Source of the DNA: Sulfurospirillaceae bacterium
GTDB lineage: Bacteria; Campylobacterota; Campylobacteria; Campylobacterales; Sulfurospirillaceae
Assembly: GCA_033723415.1 (NCBI GenBank)
Contig: JAWVXD010000003.1
Coordinates: 96,001-160,000, forward strand
Reading direction: 5' to 3'
DNA: 64,000 nt
How positions within the stretch are numbered: the first letter of the stretch is position 1; every line of letters starts with the position of its first letter. The position numbers and the translations under genes were made by a program. Shown piece by piece: positions 1 to 8,856 of the stretch. The notes beneath the pieces are model-generated. The model worked only from the letters and a program-made list of their open reading frames with translations, was not told the DNA's origin and ran no database searches.

Positions 1-64
1 TATACTTTTCAATAAAGAAAAAAAATTGTAAAATTTCTTAGCTAATTGATGCAAGGAGGATACT

Positions 65-757
65 TTGAATAATCTCTTACTCGAAAAACTTAAAACCTTG
101 CGGATACTATATATTGAAGATGAAGAGGGCATAAGAAAAAAAGTCTCGGATGCTTTACGTTATTATAGCAAAGAGGTTATAGAAGCATCAGATGGTAAGA
201 CAGGCTTGAAATTATATATGGAAAAAGATCCTGATATTATCTTTACAGATATTCTCATGCCTGAAATGAATGGAATTGAACTTATAAAAATAATACGGAA
301 AAAAAATAATCAAATTCCAATAGTCATTACAACTGCTCATACCGATATGGAATACTTATTAAGTGCTATTGAACTACATTTAGAACAATACATAATAAAA
401 CCTATCAATTTAAAAGATTTAAAGAATTCTTTGCAAAAATGTATTGAAGTTATATTGAAAAATAGATCATTTATTAAAAAATTACCTAGTGGATTTAGTT
501 ATGATTTTGACCACAAGGTACTTATGTATGATCATAAAGAGATAAAGTTAAGTAAAAAAGAAATTTTATTTTTTGAACTTTTGATACAAAACAGTCATAG
601 AATAGTGACATATCAAGAACTACAAAATTATATATGGAAAGATGATGTTATGAGTGAAGATGCACTGAAATCTCTTGTGCGAAATATCAGACAAAAATTT
701 CCGAAAGGTTATATTAAAAATCTCTCCGGTATAGGATATAGAATTCTCGATGATTAA
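65..757 (+). CDS. OmpR/PhoB-family response regulator
   Basis: Receiver motifs (YIEDE, FTDILMPEMNG, TTAH, IIKP) plus a winged-helix C-terminus (LSKKE...IKNLSGIGY). TTG start preceded by an AAGGAGG RBS. Confidence 0.92.
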   Translation: MNNLLLEKLKTLRILYIEDEEGIRKKVSDALRYYSKEVIEASDGKTGLKLYMEKDPDIIFTDILMPEMNGIELIKIIRKKNNQIPIVITTAHTDMEYLLSAIELHLEQYIIKPINLKDLKNSLQKCIEVILKNRSFIKKLPSGFSYDFDHKVLMYDHKEIKLSKKEILFFELLIQNSHRIVTYQELQNYIWKDDVMSEDALKSLVRNIRQKFPKGYIKNLSGIGYRILDD

Positions 758-2456
758 ATATCTAAGGATAAGATATAAATTTTTGCTTTTAGCGGTACTA
801 GGGGTTGCCGCTATTATTTTGATGTCGCTATTAACACAAAATATCTTGGAAGAAGGACTCAAAAAAGTCAAAGAAGTTTTTGAAAACTCACAAAAAGTAC
901 AGAATATCCAACAAGATTTTATTGCACCTCTTTTTAAGCTTAGAGAAGAAACTTTGTCTTTGATCGTTGTTCCTGATAGTGAATATAAAAGAGAGATTGA
1001 ACTGAATATTACGCCACTTATTGAACATTTGAATTACTCCTTTTCATTGTTAGATGGGCATATAAACAATATCTGGAAGAACTATAGAGATCTTATATTT
1101 GTAGCAGACGGCTATAAAAATTACAAAAAATTTGTATATATATCTGATGGTTATATGAAAGAAGATTACAGAAAAGGTGCATTTATGCATACAAAATATG
1201 TTGAAAGGAAGCAATTTTATATTCTTATTTCAAAGCTCAAAGAATTACAAACTATTCAAATGGAAAATTCATATGACACATTTATGAATGCAAAAAAAAG
1301 TTTTGCCAAAAAACAAATTATTATTATATCAGGAGTTCTAGTTGTCATTATTTTAACACTTTTATTTGGATTTTTGATTGCTAGAAATATAGTGTTTTCT
1401 CTGGAAATCGTTCAAAACGGGCTTAAAAAGTTTTTTGATTTACTGGGTAGAAATATTGATAAAGACAAACAAATCAAAATTCAGTTAGAAAATCGTGATG
1501 AATTTGGAGAAATGGCAAAGGTTATTAATCAAAATGTTGAAATTTTGAGAGAAAAATTAAAAAAAGACATATCTCTTATAGAAGATGCAACAAGCGTTTT
1601 TAGTGATTTGAAAAAAGGTCTATTAGAAAGAAGATTAAAAGAAAATGCCAGTTCGAGTGAGCTAAATATACTTAAAATCGTCATGAATGAAATGCTAGAT
1701 AATTTAGAATATAGAATAGACCATGAGATCAAAGAACGAACTAAGCAAGGACAACTTCTAATACAGCAAAGTAAGCTCGCTTCTATGGGAAGTATGATAG
1801 GTAATATCGCTCATCAATGGAGACAACCATTGAGCGAAATCAATGCAATTTTACTCAATATGCAAGTAAAAAAAGAATATAATGATCTAGATAATGATAC
1901 ATTTAAAGAAAGTATAGAGGAGTGTGATCTTATCTTATCACATATGTCAAATACTATCAACGATTTTCAGAATTTTTTTAAGCCTTCAAAAGAAAAAACT
2001 AAATTTAGTCTACAAGAAGCCTGTAGAAATGCAAGTTTTATTATCGAATCATCACTCAAGTACAATAATATTAAATTTAATATAGATATCAAAAACGATT
2101 ATCAAGTTTTTGGATATCCAAGAGAATTTTCTCAAGCAGTTTTAAATATTTTATCAAATGCAAAAGATGCTCTCTTGGAGAGAGGAATTAAAGATCCATA
2201 TATAACGTTAACATTAAAAAAGGGAAAACAATATGCTCTTGTTAAAATTGAAGATAATGCAGGAGGAATTAATGAAGATGTTATTGAAAGGATATTTGAA
2301 CCGTATTATACGACTAAACATGCCAGACAAGGTACAGGAATAGGACTTTATATGAGTAAGATAATTATAGAAGAAAATATGAACGGATATATATATGCTC
2401 AAAATAAGAATGAAGGAGCTTTATTTATAATAAAATTAGCTATCAATTCTCATTAG
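750..2456 (+). CDS. Membrane sensor histidine kinase
   Basis: Two TM segments, HAMP-like linker, H-box IAHQWRQPL, N-box NILSNAKDA, DNAGGI, FEPYYTTK and GTGIGL. Overlaps the regulator's stop codon. Confidence 0.92.
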   Translation: MIKYLRIRYKFLLLAVLGVAAIILMSLLTQNILEEGLKKVKEVFENSQKVQNIQQDFIAPLFKLREETLSLIVVPDSEYKREIELNITPLIEHLNYSFSLLDGHINNIWKNYRDLIFVADGYKNYKKFVYISDGYMKEDYRKGAFMHTKYVERKQFYILISKLKELQTIQMENSYDTFMNAKKSFAKKQIIIISGVLVVIILTLLFGFLIARNIVFSLEIVQNGLKKFFDLLGRNIDKDKQIKIQLENRDEFGEMAKVINQNVEILREKLKKDISLIEDATSVFSDLKKGLLERRLKENASSSELNILKIVMNEMLDNLEYRIDHEIKERTKQGQLLIQQSKLASMGSMIGNIAHQWRQPLSEINAILLNMQVKKEYNDLDNDTFKESIEECDLILSHMSNTINDFQNFFKPSKEKTKFSLQEACRNASFIIESSLKYNNIKFNIDIKNDYQVFGYPREFSQAVLNILSNAKDALLERGIKDPYITLTLKKGKQYALVKIEDNAGGINEDVIERIFEPYYTTKHARQGTGIGLYMSKIIIEENMNGYIYAQNKNEGALFIIKLAINSH

Positions 2457-2486
2457 ATTATTAATCATACATTTATATAAAAATTG

Positions 2487-2492
2487 TATAAT
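2487..2492 (+). promoter_or_regulatory. Putative sigma70 -10 box for the metK leader
   Basis: TATAAT in an AT-rich intergenic region, about 210 nt upstream of the metK start. Confidence 0.5.
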
Positions 2493-2576
2493 TCAAGCTA
2501 ATTTAGGGAACATAGGTGAGCGTAATGCTCCAAATTCAAACTTTTTAATTTTATTTTTTGGTTTTAAAAACCTCTT

Positions 2577-2715
2577 CAAAGAAATGGAAAACAAAAGGAT
2601 GGAAAACAAGTTTGTAGAGTTGATGAGAGATCGTGTTTTAGCGATATATCATCAAAGTTTTTGTGTAAGCAAAAATGCATCTGTAAACAGGAAAACAAAG
2701 AAATGGAAAACAAAA
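2577..2715 (+). repeat. 20-bp direct repeat CAAAGAAATGGAAAACAAAA (2577-2596, 2696-2715) plus additional GGAAAACAA units
   Basis: Exact 20-mer present twice. GGAAAACAA occurs at 2586, 2601, 2690 and 2705. Confidence 0.85.
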
Positions 2716-3941
2716 TGCAAAACAAAACTCAACATTATTTATTTACCAGTGAAGTTGTCAGTCCAGGACATCCTGATAAGTGTGCGGATATTATAGCTGA
2801 CAGTATTGTCGATAAACTTATTATCGAAGACAAAAATTCTAGAGTTGCCAGTGAAGTATTCTTGGCTGGAAAACATATTATCATAGGTGGAGAAGTTACT
2901 ACTAAAGCAAAGATGACTGCTAAAGATTATCAAAAGATAGTCAAAGAAGCACTTATTAAAATTGGTTATGACGGTAAATCTTCTTTTACAAAAGAGCAAT
3001 GCCTTTACCCTGATGAAGTGGAGGTTCAAGTACTTTTAAACCATCAATCACCTGATATCAATCAAGGAGTCGATCAGACAAGCGGAGAGATAGGAGCAGG
3101 AGATCAGGGCATTATGTTTGGCTTTGCTTCAAATGAAACAGCTGATTTTATGCCATCAGCCATTATGTACGCTAGAATGTTGTGTGACAAAGTGTATAAT
3201 TATGCACTTAAACACAATCATAAACTAGGTGTTGATATCAAAACACAAGTTACTATGGATTATGGTACAAAAGAAAATTTTGAAAATTGTCAGCCTCAGA
3301 AAATTCATACTATAGTGGTTTCTGCACCATCAGTGGAAAATATGCCTATTGAAGAAGTTCGAGCATTGATCAAAGGTCTTATCGACGATACAGGTCTTCC
3401 GACTGATCTTTATGATCCAAATGACACTATTATTCATATAAATCCGACTGGAAGATATGTAAATCACAGTTCTCTTCATGACTCTGGTTTGACAGGTAGA
3501 AAACTTATAGTAGATAGTTTTGGCGGTTATTCTCCTATAGGCGGTGGAGCACAATCTAGCAAAGATTATACAAAAGTAGATAGAAGCGGTCTTTATGCGG
3601 CACGCTGGATAGCAAAACACATAGTAGCCAGTGGACTTGCAAAAAAATGTTCAGTTCAACTTTCATACGCTATTGGTGTTGCAAAACCGGTATCTGTAAG
3701 CGTAGATACATTTGGAACTTATACGCTTGTGAGTGATGATATCCTTTCTAACTTTGTTATGGATACTTTTAGCTTGACTCCAAAATGGATCACAAATAAA
3801 TTTAAATTAGATCATCCAAGTAGTGAAACTTTTCTTTATGCAGATGTAGCAGCACGTGGTCAGGTCGGACAGAGTGATTACCCATGGGAAAAATTAGATT
3901 CATTGGATCTTTTTGAAACTTTAAAGAACATATACAGTTAG
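2703..3941 (+). CDS. metK: S-adenosylmethionine synthetase
   Basis: FTSEVVSPGHPDK, GAGDQG, DSGLTGRK and GGGAQSSKDYTKVDRS motifs. Start is most likely ATG 2703 or 2715 rather than TTG 2661. Confidence 0.96.
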   Translation: MENKMQNKTQHYLFTSEVVSPGHPDKCADIIADSIVDKLIIEDKNSRVASEVFLAGKHIIIGGEVTTKAKMTAKDYQKIVKEALIKIGYDGKSSFTKEQCLYPDEVEVQVLLNHQSPDINQGVDQTSGEIGAGDQGIMFGFASNETADFMPSAIMYARMLCDKVYNYALKHNHKLGVDIKTQVTMDYGTKENFENCQPQKIHTIVVSAPSVENMPIEEVRALIKGLIDDTGLPTDLYDPNDTIIHINPTGRYVNHSSLHDSGLTGRKLIVDSFGGYSPIGGGAQSSKDYTKVDRSGLYAARWIAKHIVASGLAKKCSVQLSYAIGVAKPVSVSVDTFGTYTLVSDDILSNFVMDTFSLTPKWITNKFKLDHPSSETFLYADVAARGQVGQSDYPWEKLDSLDLFETLKNIYS

Positions 3942-3955
3942 TTTATAATTAAGAC

Positions 3956-3987
3956 GTAAAAGTGTGTGAATAATCACACACTTTTAC
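3956..3987. terminator. Probable bidirectional terminator between convergent metK and M20 genes
   Basis: Perfect 14-bp inverted repeat GTAAAAGTGTGTGA-ataa-TCACACACTTTTAC. Confidence 0.8.
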
Positions 3988-3991
3988 TTGA

Positions 3992-5149
3992 TTATTTAAT
4001 CTTTGTTTCAAAAACTCTAAGCAGTGAGACGGTTAAGATTATAAATCTCTCAATAATAGAATCTTTTTCGATAAATTCATTTCTACTGTGATCATCTGCT
4101 CCTATTGGACCAAAACCATCAAGTACCGGAGTATTTACATTTGCTATTGCATTTGCATCAGAAACACCTCCTCGAAATTCTCTCCCGAATTTTACATTAT
4201 ATCCTTCTATGATATTTTTAAGATCTTCGTAAAAGGAGAGATTGAGTGTCGATTCTTCCATGCTCCCTCTACCGCTGGTAATCTCTAACTTACTTGTGAC
4301 ACCGTCAACAAAGTTCATAGAATCAATCTCGGCAAGTTTTTGTTTTATATTTTTTTCATCATCACTATTTGTAAAGCGAATATCTATAGTTGCTTTTGCA
4401 TAGTCACTTATAGTGTTCGGTCCTACTCCTCCTGAAATCTTGCCGACATTAGCAGATATTTGTGTGTTTGTATCATTAATATTTTCGATTTCAATTATCT
4501 TGTGTGCAAGTTCTAAAATCGCACTTTTTTTCCCTGCAATTTTAAAGGCCGCATGTCCGGCTTCTCCAAAACATTCTAGAGAAGCTCCGATTTTGCCTTT
4601 TCTTCCTGTTACTATTTCACCGTTATGTCCAGCTCCCTCTAAAACAAAAGCTGCAGCTGATCTTTTTGCCTCTGTTTCAATATAAGGCTTTGAGAAAGGT
4701 GAACCGATCTCTTCGTCAGAATTAAAGAAAAAAGTTACCGGTATCTTTTTTAGTAGATTTTTATGTTCCAAAAACTTCAAAGTCATAATACCGATAAGAA
4801 GACCGCCCTTCATATCAAATACACCAGGACCCTTTATGATACCATCACTCTCTGTATAATCTAAAAAACCGGCATCTTGAGGAAATACAGTATCCATATG
4901 TCCACATAGCATTATCTGTGTGTTTTTAGTTTTGACAGCAGGAGTACTGGCTCTAAGTAGATTCCCGTACGTATCACTTTCGATAGTCTGATAATCAAAA
5001 GAAGTTCCAAGATAAGACTTTATCGTATCTAGTACTTTGTCTATACCTGCTTTATTGTAACTATAACTGTTGATCTCGATAATCTTTTTAAAGAGCATGA
5101 AGAATTCATCTTCATGCTCACTAAAGTATTGTTTTAGCTCATTTTCCAT
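3992..5149 (-). CDS. M20-family metallopeptidase (glutamate carboxypeptidase G2-like)
   Basis: GHMDTVF, GPGVFDMKGG, SDEEIGS, GVSDAN and DGFGPIG..DH motifs. Confidence 0.9.
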   Translation of the reverse strand: MENELKQYFSEHEDEFFMLFKKIIEINSYSYNKAGIDKVLDTIKSYLGTSFDYQTIESDTYGNLLRASTPAVKTKNTQIMLCGHMDTVFPQDAGFLDYTESDGIIKGPGVFDMKGGLLIGIMTLKFLEHKNLLKKIPVTFFFNSDEEIGSPFSKPYIETEAKRSAAAFVLEGAGHNGEIVTGRKGKIGASLECFGEAGHAAFKIAGKKSAILELAHKIIEIENINDTNTQISANVGKISGGVGPNTISDYAKATIDIRFTNSDDEKNIKQKLAEIDSMNFVDGVTSKLEITSGRGSMEESTLNLSFYEDLKNIIEGYNVKFGREFRGGVSDANAIANVNTPVLDGFGPIGADDHSRNEFIEKDSIIERFIILTVSLLRVFETKIK

Positions 5150-5158
5150 GTATGAGTC

Positions 5159-6742
5159 TTATCTATATTTTTCAAATGCAAATGGTTGATTATACTCTTC
5201 CATCGTCATGTCTGGATAATCTACTTCTTCTCCGCTCCACGGTTTTTTCAGTTTTAGATTTCCATTTTCTGCATGTACTACGTTGTCTCTGTGAAGAGGG
5301 ATCTTACCGCCGGCAGTTGCTAGGTATCTAGGTATCGCATCACCAGAGATATTTCCATACATACTCTCAACTATATCTCTACCGACAGAAACAGGTACTC
5401 TCATGTGTGCAAACTCAGGATTTCTAAAGCTACAGTTGAACAAGTAGTAAGGTCTGATGTAAGACTCTTGCAATGCTTCACATAGTTTCCACATTTTGTT
5501 TCTTGTGTCGTTAATACCTCTAAGGAATACTGCTTGATTTAAGATAGCACTTGTCACTTTGCTAAGCTTTCTAAATGCTTCATGTGATTCAGGTGTCAAC
5601 TCTTGTGCTGAGTTGATCTGCGTTACAAATCTAAGTGGTTTGATATCGTTACTTTTTTCACAGATCTCCAAAAATTTATCATCGATTCTTTGTGGTGTCA
5701 TGATAGGGATTCTGCTTCCCAATCTTTTGATCTTGACATGAGGAATCTTGTCTAATTCATTTAATAAGTATTCGATTTTTTTATTTGATAAAGCCAGTGC
5801 ATCACCGCCTGTAATAAGAACGTCTCTGATATTTTCATCATTTCTTATGTAATTTAGTGCTTCTTCATAAGTATTATTTGAACTAACCCAGTCTTTATCC
5901 GATATATGTGCAATTCTCAAACAGTGTGTACAAAACATAGCACACATATTTGTAGCTTTTATAGTTAAGACTCTTGGATAAAATTGGTCTATCAATCTTG
6001 CAGGTGAGTGATCACTTGCAACAGGTTCAAGTTCTATACCATTGTTATCGACCATATCTCCGGTAGGTACACTTTGGAGTAAAATAGGGTCATTTATTTG
6101 GTTTGGCATTATTAAACTTGCGTAGTATGGAGAGATTCTCATCCTAAAAACTTTAGATACTCTTTGGATATCTTCTATAAGTTTTTGAGGAATATCTATG
6201 ATGCTCGCAAGTTGTTCAGGAGACGTTATAGCATATTTTATTTGTCCTGCATAAGAATCCCAGACTTCATCTGTCATTCCTAGTTTCTTCTGTATTTTTC
6301 TTCTGTTCTCTAACATTTGTTCATGTAAGTCAAAACCGCTTGGTGCGTCATCTTTGTTATTATCCAAGTAATCTTTGACTCTTGCGTTTGCTTTTTCAAC
6401 TATCGGCAGTGCTGAATATACTCTACCTCCAACTGACACGCGGTGTTCATCTGTATTTTTATGTTTCATTGCCATCAAATACAGTTCATCTTTGTCAATA
6501 CCGATGTCTTCAGGAGTCGCACCGAATTTTTCTCTTATAGTTTTTAGTTTATTGAATAGTTGAACCATCGGATTGGTTAATTTTTGTGAAGTTTTACTGA
6601 TTTCCAGCCACTCTTTTACTTCGTCAATATCTTTTTGACTTACTTCTTTTTTATCGTTTGAAGGTTCATATAAAAGCTCGAATAATTTTATATCAAATTT
6701 ATCAAGTTTCTCTAGATCCTCATTGCTAACAGCACATTCCAT
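5159..6742 (-). CDS. KamA-family radical SAM/PLP aminomutase, glutamate 2,3-aminomutase-like, with N-terminal extension
   Basis: CAMFCTHC (CxxxCxxC), DVLITGGD, NQAVFLRGIND, RPYY, and GGKIP with the PLP lysine. Confidence 0.88.
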   Translation of the reverse strand: MECAVSNEDLEKLDKFDIKLFELLYEPSNDKKEVSQKDIDEVKEWLEISKTSQKLTNPMVQLFNKLKTIREKFGATPEDIGIDKDELYLMAMKHKNTDEHRVSVGGRVYSALPIVEKANARVKDYLDNNKDDAPSGFDLHEQMLENRRKIQKKLGMTDEVWDSYAGQIKYAITSPEQLASIIDIPQKLIEDIQRVSKVFRMRISPYYASLIMPNQINDPILLQSVPTGDMVDNNGIELEPVASDHSPARLIDQFYPRVLTIKATNMCAMFCTHCLRIAHISDKDWVSSNNTYEEALNYIRNDENIRDVLITGGDALALSNKKIEYLLNELDKIPHVKIKRLGSRIPIMTPQRIDDKFLEICEKSNDIKPLRFVTQINSAQELTPESHEAFRKLSKVTSAILNQAVFLRGINDTRNKMWKLCEALQESYIRPYYLFNCSFRNPEFAHMRVPVSVGRDIVESMYGNISGDAIPRYLATAGGKIPLHRDNVVHAENGNLKLKKPWSGEEVDYPDMTMEEYNQPFAFEKYR

Positions 6743-6792
6743 CTTATATCCTTTTAAATTTTGTTATTTCGTTATATCTTTAAATATAACAT

Positions 6793-8193
6793 TTAATTAG
6801 GGCAATCTATTGATCTATCAATCGTAGATGAGATCATTTCTTTGCCAATAGCTATACCGTGATTTATATCTTTAAAATTTTTGCCGAGTGCTACGACTCG
6901 TGCTAAAAATGAACCTTTGTTTACAATAAAATTTTGTCCTACGTGTTCTAGTATCATATGCTCCTTATCTATTTGGTTTTCCATTATTTTTTTAAATATT
7001 TCTAATTCATCACTTCTATGTACAAGGCCGCTATTTGTTTTTGATGTAGCTTCAAGTTTATAGTTATATGTTTCCCAAAAAATATCTTGATTGTTAAAAT
7101 CAGGTTCTATCATGTTTGGGGCTTTTTTATTTTGTGTTACGGCATAAAACTCAATCTCCGGCAAATTTGGAGCATTTTCTGGAAGTATGCAGTTTAATGT
7201 GCAGCAAAATTCCATAGTAGTACCTTGTTTCCTGGGATTTGTTTCTATAAAAAACACTTCATCTTTATCTGTTACGATAAAATCGCATCCAAAGATACCT
7301 CTATATCCAAGTTTTGCCATTTTTTTACCTATTTCTCTTGTTTGTCTTATAATTTCTTCTTTCACACTTAAAGAGACACGTGAAGGGAAAGCTGAACCCT
7401 TGAATTTTGTACCGTCTATTGTCTGATCTGCGATTCCTGCAACGTATATATCTTCTTCATTTATCGCTACGCAAAGAGTTGTCGGATCACATACGTGAGG
7501 TATGAATTTAGTTATTAAAAATTGGTCATCTTTATTTTTGCCAAATTTTTGAGTTATACTATCAATATCTTTAGCGATCAAGCTGTTTACTCCGGCTGCG
7601 CTTTTTTCAAGTGAGATAAAAATACCGTTGTTATCTTCAAAAGATTTGAGTAGCAAAGCCGATTTTTTTGTCAATTCTTCAAATCCGTTTGCAATTTCAT
7701 AAGGAGCCATAGGGACTATATTAGAAAAGATTTCATAAAGAGCAATTTTATTGCTTAATAACGATACTATCTTTTCATCCGGACCTATTACTCTGATTCC
7801 ACTTTTTTGATCCAATGTCATATGACGATTGGACTCGAACATATAAATAAAAAGTTCTTTTTGCTTTCTCAAAATTGTGTCTGTTAGATCATTTATGTAT
7901 TCGCTGTTGGAAACATCTCGCATAAAAAGATCATTGCTCTTTCTTTTATTCTCTCTATCTTTGATTTTATTGACGACTATTATGTTTTCGAAATTATAAT
8001 TGTCAAATACATCCGGAACTATCGTTATACACTCTATATTTGCTTTATCTATATGGTAAATCTTTGAAATTGCCTCTTTGGCAAAATTGCCTATTCCAAA
8101 TGCCTTTATCTCTGTTATAAACAAAAAATAATATTTATTTTCATCATATGTAAAATTTGTAAACCTAATATCGCTATGCATTGGTTTGCTCAT
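6793..8193 (-). CDS. ATP-grasp ligase
   Basis: C-terminal ATP-grasp signature GYRGIFGCDF...FIETNPR; also SNKIAL and SAAGVNS loop. Confidence 0.82.
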   Translation of the reverse strand: MSKPMHSDIRFTNFTYDENKYYFLFITEIKAFGIGNFAKEAISKIYHIDKANIECITIVPDVFDNYNFENIIVVNKIKDRENKRKSNDLFMRDVSNSEYINDLTDTILRKQKELFIYMFESNRHMTLDQKSGIRVIGPDEKIVSLLSNKIALYEIFSNIVPMAPYEIANGFEELTKKSALLLKSFEDNNGIFISLEKSAAGVNSLIAKDIDSITQKFGKNKDDQFLITKFIPHVCDPTTLCVAINEEDIYVAGIADQTIDGTKFKGSAFPSRVSLSVKEEIIRQTREIGKKMAKLGYRGIFGCDFIVTDKDEVFFIETNPRKQGTTMEFCCTLNCILPENAPNLPEIEFYAVTQNKKAPNMIEPDFNNQDIFWETYNYKLEATSKTNSGLVHRSDELEIFKKIMENQIDKEHMILEHVGQNFIVNKGSFLARVVALGKNFKDINHGIAIGKEMISSTIDRSIDCPN

Positions 8194-8843
8194 TGTTTTT
8201 CTATCTCCCTTAACAATATGATTTTTGTTCCTGTCTCAAAATAATGCTCTCTAATCACTTCTTCTATCTGTTTCTTATTCCTGGATTTTACTGCATCAAC
8301 AATCTTTTGATGCCTATTTGTGATCTCATCTAAGGTATATAACTTTGTCCAATTTCTAAAAAAAAGTATTTGAGATAATTTGTTTATTCTTTCCAGTGTT
8401 TCAAGAAAGACAAAGTTTTTTGCATATTTGAGATAATGTTTATGAAATAGTTCACCTATTTTTACTACTTTTTTTGAGTCATTTACCGATTTGCTCATTA
8501 GAAAGACATAATGCTGTAAAAGGTCCATATCTTCTTGCGTAGCATAAAGAGCAAAGTTTGATGCAAGAAAACCTTCAACGACACCTTTTGCTTCATATGT
8601 GTCAAAAATATCTTTTGAAGTTATCTCTTTTACAAAAACGCCTTTTCTTTCCACATGTTCTAATATTCCGATTGATACAAGTTGTGCAAGAGCTTCTCTT
8701 ACAGGAGCACGACTTACTTTTAATTTATTGGCTAGATGTGCTTCTCTTATTTGCATTTTCTTTTTATATTCTTCATTTACAATGGCATCATATACATAGT
8801 CTACGATCTTATCTCGAAGTGGTTTTTTGTGTAAATCTGACAT
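8190..8843 (-). CDS. GntR-family (FCD/VanR-type) transcriptional regulator
   Basis: HTH REAHLANKLKVSRAPVREAL, and FCD-domain histidines (FHKHY, RHQKIV, REHY). Confidence 0.92.
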   Translation of the reverse strand: MSDLHKKPLRDKIVDYVYDAIVNEEYKKKMQIREAHLANKLKVSRAPVREALAQLVSIGILEHVERKGVFVKEITSKDIFDTYEAKGVVEGFLASNFALYATQEDMDLLQHYVFLMSKSVNDSKKVVKIGELFHKHYLKYAKNFVFLETLERINKLSQILFFRNWTKLYTLDEITNRHQKIVDAVKSRNKKQIEEVIREHYFETGTKIILLREIEKQ

Positions 8844-8856
8844 CGCTATTTTTCCT

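Noticed and set aside
2493..2702. Assignment to a known SAM riboswitch class
   Set aside because: I could not find SAM-I, -II or -IV consensus elements by eye; kept only as an unclassified leader.
2577..2730. Repeats upstream of metK as a CRISPR array
   Set aside because: Only two 20-bp copies with irregular spacing, no spacer series and no cas genes.
5159..6742. Naming the gene kamA, ablA, epmB or eam
   Set aside because: The specificity residues differ, and the usual partner genes (kamDE, ablB, epmA/efp) are absent.
3992..8843. LysW-type carrier protein or RiPP precursor in the operon
   Set aside because: The intergenic gaps are too small, and no short ORF with an EDWGE-like C-terminus is visible.
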